From Diplonema japonicum (taxonomy: Eukaryota > Protista > Euglenozoa: Diplonemea), in assembly GCA_964019335.1 (NCBI GenBank), contig OZ025760.1, positions 124,001 to 188,000 on the forward strand: a stretch of 64,000 nucleotides of DNA. The letters are read 5' to 3'. Below the pieces are notes generated by a model. It was given only the letters and a program-made list of their open reading frames with translations, ran no database searches and was not told the origin of the DNA. The translations under genes and the position numbers were made by a program. Positions 56,669 through 64,000 of this stretch are shown here, one piece after another. Each line of letters opens with the position of its first letter. The first letter of the stretch is position 1.

Positions 56669-59600
56669 TTAACCCCCCCCTCCCCTTTCATTTTTCAGAA
56701 CACACTGTTGCTTGAGCCAACCGACGCTCCGTGTCAGGAGGTCGTGGCAGGCGGCAGAATCCTCGTCCATGGCGACCTCTTCCAAAAAATGGTTCTCTCG
56801 TTGGAACAAAACGTGAAAGATAGGCAGCAACGGGTACCGAACAGTCTTGTCATGAAGTGCACCTTCAGCTTGTTCCACACAAATCTTGTAGAAGGTTTCT
56901 CTCCATTCCTTGTAGCACAGCACCTTTTGTTCAACACCAGTGGCAGCCGCCACCGTGTCAAACAGCGCCTTCTTCCGCAGAAACAATGCGGGTATGGCAC
57001 GGAAAAGAGACACGTTTTGATAACCACTACCTGCAGCATGAAGGATTACCTGTGCGCACCGGTCAGCAGGAAGCACGTGCATGCCTTGGTCGTCGTTCGC
57101 GTCATCGAATGTGTACAGAGGACCGCCATAGAGAAGCGCCTCCAGAAACCTGTGGTAGTAATCACGTCGTTGGCCTCGTCCGGTGCGGGAGTTGCACCCA
57201 ATGTACCCCAAGCGTATGATGGCAAGGCTGCCATCGGTACAACCGGCTTGATGGTGGATAAGCGCGCGTTCCGCCACAGCCTTGGAAACCGCATACCCGC
57301 GTTTGGCCGCGACTTCGTCGAGATCCAGCTTGTCAGACACAGAAGCGACGCTGGCGGTGGAGATGAACACATAACGTGCGGCAGGGTACAGATGTCTCAG
57401 GGTGACCGGCATCATCACGTTGGCATCACGCAAACTTGAGTACGACTTTGAGAAGTCAACTGCGGCAGCAGCGTCGATCACAAGGTCCACGTTGTTGTGA
57501 GGGCAGGTCTCCTTCAATACTTCCGATGACGGCAGTACATGGATAGCTCCACTTTCCAGCAGTGTCGCGATGCGTGTGAAGCTATCATCCGCGTCGCCCA
57601 GATAGTGCTTTGCCGTGTCCACCACTCGCGCACGTCCCTCGCGTTCGTTTTCACACCTCACCAAGCACGTGATCCGTGTGGAAGACTCCACGCGGCTTAT
57701 CTTCTCAACGAGGCTTGCTAGAACGTGGAACCCAACCAACCCCGTGACACCAGTGAGAAGCGTTTGTTTTGGAACTTCCCTGCTGGGAGTGTCGGAATGC
57801 AGGTCGTCATGACGGAGTGGAACGACCTCCAGGTTGATCGGTTCCTTCAAGGACCACTTTGCAATGTCGTCTTGGATGGTCGTGGCTGCTGTGCGTGACA
57901 AAAGGCGGTTCGAAACAAACTCCATTGTCGGGGCGTATGATGGGTCGCGTGCTTTCTTCCCGTCGTCGCTTCGTTGGCGGCGGATTGCGTTTACGAGGAG
58001 AACACGGCGGAGGGAGTCTAGTTCCGTGTACGTGTCACCCCCGGTGAGTTGTTCAGCTTGTTCGTCGAAGGAAGCGTTCACTGCATCTTGCAGCTCCTTC
58101 AGATCCTGCTCGTAGTGGTGTTTCACTACGGCACGCTTGACTTTCATCGAGTCCGTGCGCATGCTGTCATCGAACAAACTGGCTTTGGAAACCACGCGGA
58201 GCTTCAGCGGGGCAGATCCTGGCAAATCCTCGCACAGCTTCTGCACGTCTTGCAGCAGCTTCTCCTCATCGGCGTCTTCCTTCGCCGACGTGAGAAGCGC
58301 AACTGTGAAATCACCGCAAAAATGTACGAACATCGACGTGATGCCGTACAAGCCGACACTGCGCTGTTCTACGACTTCTGGTTGGCAGAATCTTCCGTTC
58401 GGAAGCTTCATGGTGCTGTTCAGGCGTCCGGTGAGGACCAGTAAGCGCTGGCCGCTTTTCGTCTCCCAATGCCCGGTGTCATTCGTACAAAAGTACCCAT
58501 CCGAGTCCAAGTGAGTTGCCGTGCCATACATCCCGTCGCAGAGGAAGGGGCTCTTGACCAAGACGGCAGAGTCGGAGTCACGGATGCGGACTTCCACGTC
58601 TCTTTGGACGACCCCGTCGCGTGCAATTGGACCGGCTTCGGTAGAGCCGTAGCCGTTGATCACCCGGAACTGCGAACCAAACGTGCGCTTCATCCATTCC
58701 ACCACAGGTTCCGGTGTGGCAGCTGTCCCTGTGATGACCACCATACACCGCAGCCCTACGAGGTCCTCTGCCGCAACACGCGCACCGTGGTACTTGTCAA
58801 ACAGGGCCTGCCACAGCAGTGGTACCAAAGATACACCTGTGAGATGAAGGTGCGGGAGAAGCTTCAACATAAGGGTTGTGTCATTGATCAGATATTTCGC
58901 CCCACCCGTAAACAGCGATGTCCACAAACCGTGCCGGCCTGAGAAATGCGCCAAGGGTGTGTACGTTGCAGACACGGTCATGCTCATTGCCCCGTCCTTG
59001 GGGGCGCCCTTCGCGAATATCGCCCGCCACTTGTTGCGAGTGTAAAACACGGGCTGCTTCAGGGTTCCAGAGGTACCGGAGGAGGGGAAGTAGCCAACTG
59101 GCGTGTCGTCGCTGACGCCATCTGCCAGCTCCTTACGCAGGAGCTCCAGCAACTCCCGAGGAGCTTCTGTGGGAAGCGGACGGGAGAGAAGCTGCGAGAG
59201 TGGGAGGTACCTTGTTCCAGGAGCTAAGTCGGGGTGCATTGGTACTACATCATCGTTGCATACAACAACGGCAATCGGCACTGCTACTGCGTTGACATCT
59301 GCGGCGAGCGCCGTCCCTCCCTGTTGGGGTGCCAGAGGAACTGTCGGAACCCCCAGTAGCGCACAGGCGAAGTCCACAGCAGCCCACGATACACAGTTGG
59401 GAAGAGCAACCGCGACAGCAGCGTCATCGGAAGGGAGCTCTCGTTCCGCCAGTACTTGCTTGAGTACCAGCGATGCCCGTGCAGTTGCGACGAGAAGATC
59501 GCCGAATGTGTGCCAAAGGAAATGACGATGTGGGTCAAGCCCGCCACCCTCCGCAGCCCCGAAGTCAGAACCCGTCATCCGTTCAGCAAGGAACGGCTTG

Positions 59601-60307
59601 TCCATGAACTGTTCGAAGTTACGCAGGATCGCAGCCCGCAACGTGGCGTGATCCTGCGGGTGCAGACGCTCGTGCGGTTTCACAAGGAAGCAATGATGTC
59701 CAGCCGTGTCGCGTGAATGCTGCTCAGCATGCTGGGAACAAAAGGTAACATTCGGGCACTCCAGGCAAACATGCATCGCGTCTTCGTCCGGTGTGAGCTT
59801 CTCTTGAAGCTCGGTGAGCTCCACGGCAGTCGCCTGTACGTATGCTTGCGGCGTGAGAGCGTCTTTACAGCAGGCTTCACACCAACGATATGGAATCGAT
59901 AGCCCAGATGCAGCAACAGAGCTCAGTAGTGAAGAGTCTTCCGACAGGGAACGGCGTGAGTACTGCGTTCTCACGCAAGTGAGAAGGCTTTGAGGGACTG
60001 GTGTAGACAGCTCCACAGTGCAGGTCCCTCCCACATCGATAATGTCGATCAACATCCGTTGCAGCAAAGCAGCAGGATAGACGTCGCGGGGCAGAGCTTT
60101 CGACAACGCCTCGAATACTGTGTTCATTCCCTCCTCAAGCCATGCTGTTGCGGTCGGGGGTCCCTGCGCCACCCAGTTTCCTTCCTCGCATGAATACACC
60201 TCTACCTTGCAGGACCTTTCCACACCAGTTAGCGGAAGCCTCAATAGTGCTTCGGTTTGGACACCATCGCATTTAAGGGAAAGCACACTTTTAAGCGGTC
60301 CCACCAT
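56669..60307 (-). CDS. carboxylic-acid-reductase-like NRPS module (A-T-R) with N-terminal Cys/His zinc finger
   Basis: SSGTSG, GYGSTE, TND, GR adenylation motifs; ELDSL carrier Ser; TGVTGLVG and YAVSK reductase motifs. Confidence 0.85.
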   Translation of the reverse strand: MVGPLKSVLSLKCDGVQTEALLRLPLTGVERSCKVEVYSCEEGNWVAQGPPTATAWLEEGMNTVFEALSKALPRDVYPAALLQRMLIDIIDVGGTCTVELSTPVPQSLLTCVRTQYSRRSLSEDSSLLSSVAASGLSIPYRWCEACCKDALTPQAYVQATAVELTELQEKLTPDEDAMHVCLECPNVTFCSQHAEQHSRDTAGHHCFLVKPHERLHPQDHATLRAAILRNFEQFMDKPFLAERMTGSDFGAAEGGGLDPHRHFLWHTFGDLLVATARASLVLKQVLAERELPSDDAAVAVALPNCVSWAAVDFACALLGVPTVPLAPQQGGTALAADVNAVAVPIAVVVCNDDVVPMHPDLAPGTRYLPLSQLLSRPLPTEAPRELLELLRKELADGVSDDTPVGYFPSSGTSGTLKQPVFYTRNKWRAIFAKGAPKDGAMSMTVSATYTPLAHFSGRHGLWTSLFTGGAKYLINDTTLMLKLLPHLHLTGVSLVPLLWQALFDKYHGARVAAEDLVGLRCMVVITGTAATPEPVVEWMKRTFGSQFRVINGYGSTEAGPIARDGVVQRDVEVRIRDSDSAVLVKSPFLCDGMYGTATHLDSDGYFCTNDTGHWETKSGQRLLVLTGRLNSTMKLPNGRFCQPEVVEQRSVGLYGITSMFVHFCGDFTVALLTSAKEDADEEKLLQDVQKLCEDLPGSAPLKLRVVSKASLFDDSMRTDSMKVKRAVVKHHYEQDLKELQDAVNASFDEQAEQLTGGDTYTELDSLRRVLLVNAIRRQRSDDGKKARDPSYAPTMEFVSNRLLSRTAATTIQDDIAKWSLKEPINLEVVPLRHDDLHSDTPSREVPKQTLLTGVTGLVGFHVLASLVEKISRVESSTRITCLVRCENEREGRARVVDTAKHYLGDADDSFTRIATLLESGAIHVLPSSEVLKETCPHNNVDLVIDAAAAVDFSKSYSSLRDANVMMPVTLRHLYPAARYVFISTASVASVSDKLDLDEVAAKRGYAVSKAVAERALIHHQAGCTDGSLAIIRLGYIGCNSRTGRGQRRDYYHRFLEALLYGGPLYTFDDANDDQGMHVLPADRCAQVILHAAGSGYQNVSLFRAIPALFLRKKALFDTVAAATGVEQKVLCYKEWRETFYKICVEQAEGALHDKTVRYPLLPIFHVLFQRENHFLEEVAMDEDSAACHDLLTRSVGWLKQQCVLKNERGGGG

Positions 60308-60357
60308 TTCTTTTTTTGATACAGAAGCGGTGGTTTCTTTTTCTTTTTTTTTTCTTT

Positions 60358-60485
60358 AGGGAACCCATCGTAGGACATTGAAAGCTGCGTCTTCAAAAGG
60401 TTCCGTGTCTTGTCGTTGTTCGCTGCTAAGTCGGAACCTTTAACATGGTGCGTCTCCAGACAGACAGCCGGGTCGCTGTTTTTAT
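60358..60485 (-). repeat. copied fragment of the K+ channel CDS (28093-28233)
   Basis: 69 nt identical, a ~13-nt deletion, then ~55 nt near-identical. Confidence 0.9.
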
Positions 60486-60489
60486 ATTT

Positions 60490-61702
60490 ATCGGGTGCGC
60501 AGAGCCAAAATGTTCACCCTGCGTGGCAGTTTGAATTTTTCTTCCCCCTTTCAATGCACCAAGGGGGCCTGGTCCACTACCACCTACATACTGGCCTGGG
60601 CTGCAAATGGCAACCGCGCGAAGAAACCCCCAGGGTTCCCTTTTGCATCGTTGTCCTCCCTTGCTGCCCCTGAGGCAATCAGCTTGTCGAGCCTTCGTGT
60701 GGCCCACTATTTATAACCTTTCTTAATAGATGCTTTACAGCTGCGTTCAACCCAATATCCATCGGTTGAACCATGTAGGTGAGCCCAGGGGGACAAAAGC
60801 AATGTGCACGTTTGCGCCTGCGAACCACTCTACGAACCCATAGGCATAGGTCGTATGAGAGTTGTGGTCGCCGACAAGCAGCAGAATCGGCCCGTTCGGC
60901 AAAACCATGGGAATCGATGATTTATAGCAAAAAGGAAGAAACAGCTCCGTAACCCAGATACCGAGTATCATAATTAGCCCAATGATTGGGCGATGCCGTT
61001 AGGCTCCATTCGGTGGCTCATCCAGCCAAGGAAACAGCCAGCTGTTCGGTTATAGCCCGTTTTGTCCCCCAAGCCACGGACTTTTATGACCTTAGCACCG
61101 CTTTTTCGTTTTAGTTTTTAACCCCGTATTCCAGACCAATTCCGGCCTTACTTTATGGGTGTCGATTATGGACCTGAATTCCATGGTGGAACAGTGTGCC
61201 CTCTCGTTGTCCTTCTCGTTTCCGGAGGTGGCTTGCGGCTTTTGTCTTTCTTGCTGCAAATTTTGTCAGCCTAGACGGTAAAGGGGGCAGCAACAGGCCC
61301 AACAGAGCCCCCACTCCTCCGAGATCCACACCCTGGCCGCCGCGACGCCGATAGCAGCGTATCGCCCAATACGGGATTTAGCACCCTTCGAGGGCTGAAG
61401 CTTTCGGGGGTTTGTACTGGCCTTCTCGGCCCGGTGTAAGGAGTTTATCTCCTCCACCTCTCGGGGGTGAGCTGGCCGGGGGTGTCAGCACCAAAGTTGG
61501 GCCCCTCACAAGCCAGCTGCTCAACGTGCCTTGGGTAGTCGAACTGGTCAATTTGACGAAAGAAGTACGGGTTTATGAGAAGTTAAAGATCCCGTGGGTG
61601 CTGTTTGTTGGTGACGGCTTACCTAAAAAAAATTCCCGGACGGAAAAACTCCCGCCAAAAAAACTCGGACATTTTTCCGTCCGGGAGTTTTTCGTTTTAC
61701 AG
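60490..61702 (-). mobile_element. degenerate pogo/Tc1-superfamily (DDE_1) transposon
   Basis: PILLLVGDHNSH...HIAFVP resembles LLILDGHSSH...LP; CGTTTTACAG-TA terminus; other boundary uncertain. Confidence 0.6.
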
Positions 61703-61879
61703 TAATAATAAAAATAAAAGACTGACCTCTTGTTGAAAAAGAATAAGAAAGAGAAAGAATTATGAGGGGGGGGGAGGGGTAGTTGAACTATGTTAAGGAG
61801 AAAGATAAGAGTTCCTTTTTTTTTCTTCTCCCTCCTCTTTTTTTTTATAGAAAATGAAGCGGGACCCCCCCCCCCCCCC

Positions 61880-62038
61880 TAGGGCTACGTTGTCGGCGTA
61901 CGGCCGTACGTACGCCGTGCGCACTTTTTCAAATTTTTCTGCGTACGCGTACGCGTTTTGTGCGTACGCCGTTTTCTTAAGTATCTGAATAATAAGGGAA
62001 ACGGAAATGTTTCCCCGTTTCTTGCCAACATAGCCCTA
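61880..62038. mobile_element. hAT-like MITE related to 29242-29443
   Basis: TAGGGCTACGTTG/CAACATAGCCCTA in C-rich flanks; internal CGTACG and GGAAAC motifs. Confidence 0.7.
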
Positions 62039-62381
62039 GCCCCCCCACCATCACCCCCCCTTTCTCTTAATAGACACTATTTGTAAGTAAAAACAAAAAA
62101 ACAAAAACAAAAACAAAAAAGAGCCAGCTGATTGTTTTGTGCAAGCTGTTCCACCAAGTACCCCCCCCCAAAAAAAGTCTTCAGAAAAACTTAAACGAAG
62201 CTCCTCCCCCCTCCCCACCCCCTCTCCCCCCTTGGTTTACAAAATCCTCAGATCGACACCCCCCCCCCCCCCCCCCCCCTTTTGTTTCATAAAAATAAAA
62301 AAATTCTCATCTCACAACTTTCTTTTTCCCCCCCGCTGTATATAAGAAGCAATTTTCTTTTTTTTTTTTTTTTTTTTTTTT

Positions 62382-63533
62382 TCACTGCCGCATTTCCGGC
62401 TCGCCCGTTTTTATCGCTGTGAAGTAAATGCAGTTGTACACGGTCCACTTCATGGAGCAGGCGTTGACGGTGTATCCCGACTGCACCCGTCGCTCCTCCT
62501 GGATGGTGAATCCGAAGGAGATGACAATACGCCTCACTTCATCATAAGATAAATCAACAGAAACCTCGTCAGGAGAGTCGGAGAAATGGTAAAGAAGCGG
62601 CCCCACGTTCACCCAGATCGCCCCGGGCTTCAAAAGCCTGTGAATCGTTTCGATGTACTCGAAAATATTATGCGCGGTGTCGAGGAAATAACACGTCACA
62701 ACCGCACCCCAAGTCCCGGCCTCATTCGGGTTACTATACACCTCTAAAAAGTCTCCCGCAACCATGGAAAAATCACCTTTTTCAAGCCCTTGATCTTCCA
62801 AATCGTCAATTGCTTCAGAAGGGCACATATCCGGGATCAGAGCAGGCCTGAACTGTTCAGAACGCTGGAACACGTTAATTGTCTGATCGACATAGGGGTA
62901 AATCGCGATTTGTTCCTTAGCGGATACATGATTCAGCAGGAAATGACCGGAAATTAACATGTGGTGGGAGAATTCGTTTCCTTGCGTGTTGAAGCCCCTT
63001 AGTGACAATTCGAACGCGAGGCGTGATAAGCCGCTTCCTGGGATTAAAACCTTTACCGCAAGCCGTTCTTCTCTTGTTTGGTAGAAATTTTCCAGCGATG
63101 TGTATATCGGATCGTAGGTTAGCTGTCTTTCCGCACGGCCCTCTTCGCTCCAGTCTCGAACAAATTGTTTCAGGGTTGAAATAACCTTGTCGATGTCCAG
63201 CCCTGTAGGGGTTTCGAAAAGCGGTTTCAGTTCGCCCTGCGGCCAGTAGCAGTCGAAGAGAAATTTGCTTGCCTTTGCGATGGAGTCCAAAAACCGTCCG
63301 TTAGCATCTATCGCCTGCTGCCACTCGCTAAAAATATGGCTGTGGTCACCCATCAGCTGTCTGAATCTTGGTTCCAATCGGTCGAAATGCGCTTTACGCT
63401 GCATCATCACGGCACTGCTGGTCGATTTGTATACACGCATTGCCTCCGCGATTCGCATGTAAGATTGCTGTTCTTGGATGATATCTGCCTCTCCCATAGG
63501 CGGGCCTTCAGGGGGACATGGGGGACCCGACAT
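62382..63533 (-). CDS. CARNMT1: carnosine N-methyltransferase (N2227 family)
   Basis: LKQFVRDWSEEG, VLIPGSGLSRL, GNEFS, AGDFLEVY, FLDTAHN, NVGPLLYHF. Confidence 0.92.
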   Translation of the reverse strand: MSGPPCPPEGPPMGEADIIQEQQSYMRIAEAMRVYKSTSSAVMMQRKAHFDRLEPRFRQLMGDHSHIFSEWQQAIDANGRFLDSIAKASKFLFDCYWPQGELKPLFETPTGLDIDKVISTLKQFVRDWSEEGRAERQLTYDPIYTSLENFYQTREERLAVKVLIPGSGLSRLAFELSLRGFNTQGNEFSHHMLISGHFLLNHVSAKEQIAIYPYVDQTINVFQRSEQFRPALIPDMCPSEAIDDLEDQGLEKGDFSMVAGDFLEVYSNPNEAGTWGAVVTCYFLDTAHNIFEYIETIHRLLKPGAIWVNVGPLLYHFSDSPDEVSVDLSYDEVRRIVISFGFTIQEERRVQSGYTVNACSMKWTVYNCIYFTAIKTGEPEMRQ

Positions 63534-63617
63534 TTTTTTTTTTTTTTTTAAATTTCTTGATGATTTTTTTTTTTGTGATTTTTTTTATAAAAAAAAGAAA
63601 AAGAGAGGGGGGAGACG

Positions 63618-63648
<31 letters not shown>

Positions 63649-64000
63649 ACTGAAAGGGAAAAAAAAAAAAAAAAAAGAACACAAACGAAGATGGATTGGA
63701 AAAAAAAAAAAAAATTAAAAAAAAAAAAAAAAAAAACTGTGAGCAAACAACAAAGGGGGCAGGAAAAAACAAAAAAATTAAAAAAAAAGGGTGTCAGAGG
63801 GGAACAAAGACCCTCCAGGAGGTAGGGAAGAAGGAAGAAAAAAAAGGGGGGGGGAGAAAGAATCACAACAAAGAATCAAAAAAAAGAAATCTGCTCAAAT
63901 AAAACACAAGGGGGGGAGGGGGGGGGGGGGGGGGGGAGGAGGAGGAATCTTCACGCCTTCTTTTTGCCATGATGGTTCTTTTCTTTTTTTTTTTTCAGTT

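Noticed and set aside
42407-60359. Plus-strand ORFs overlapping IP3R, kinase, coiled-coil and CAR genes
   Set aside because: Antisense shadows with no recognisable motifs

Overview
Eukaryotic, euglenozoan-type genomic DNA. A diplonemid or other intron-containing relative of kinetoplastids is most likely. This is inferred from a spliced-leader relic, nuclear-encoded HslU, ingi-like elements and the strand arrangement. All ~16 recognisable host genes lie on the - strand like a polycistronic cluster: FAM177, a twin-CX9C protein, two UBL-LRR copies, a CNBD K+ channel, HslU, Prp3, an H1-like protein, a WW protein, NEF1-like, IP3 receptor, MSS51-like, a receptor-type STE kinase, a coiled-coil protein, a DNAJB12-N-like protein, a CAR-like NRPS and CARNMT1. 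The 1.5-25 kb part is a nest of transposons: piggyBac, ingi and Penelope fragments, two related APE-RT LINEs, and MITEs. Main observations: (1) 14 tiny (33-83 nt) GT-AG introns, 13 restoring recognisable reading frames and one less certain, have a poly(A)/A-rich tract where the polypyrimidine tract should be and cluster toward gene 3' ends. (2) Two sister LINEs appear to use different 5'-end strategies: one begins with a complete HDV-like ribozyme fold, the other with a spliced-leader remnant. The second also carries a 2A/StopGo peptide, an OTU-like domain and an in-frame UGA-CUG ORF1/ORF2 junction. All gene models and folds were derived by hand; homopolymer lengths and single-base frameshifts may include sequencing error.
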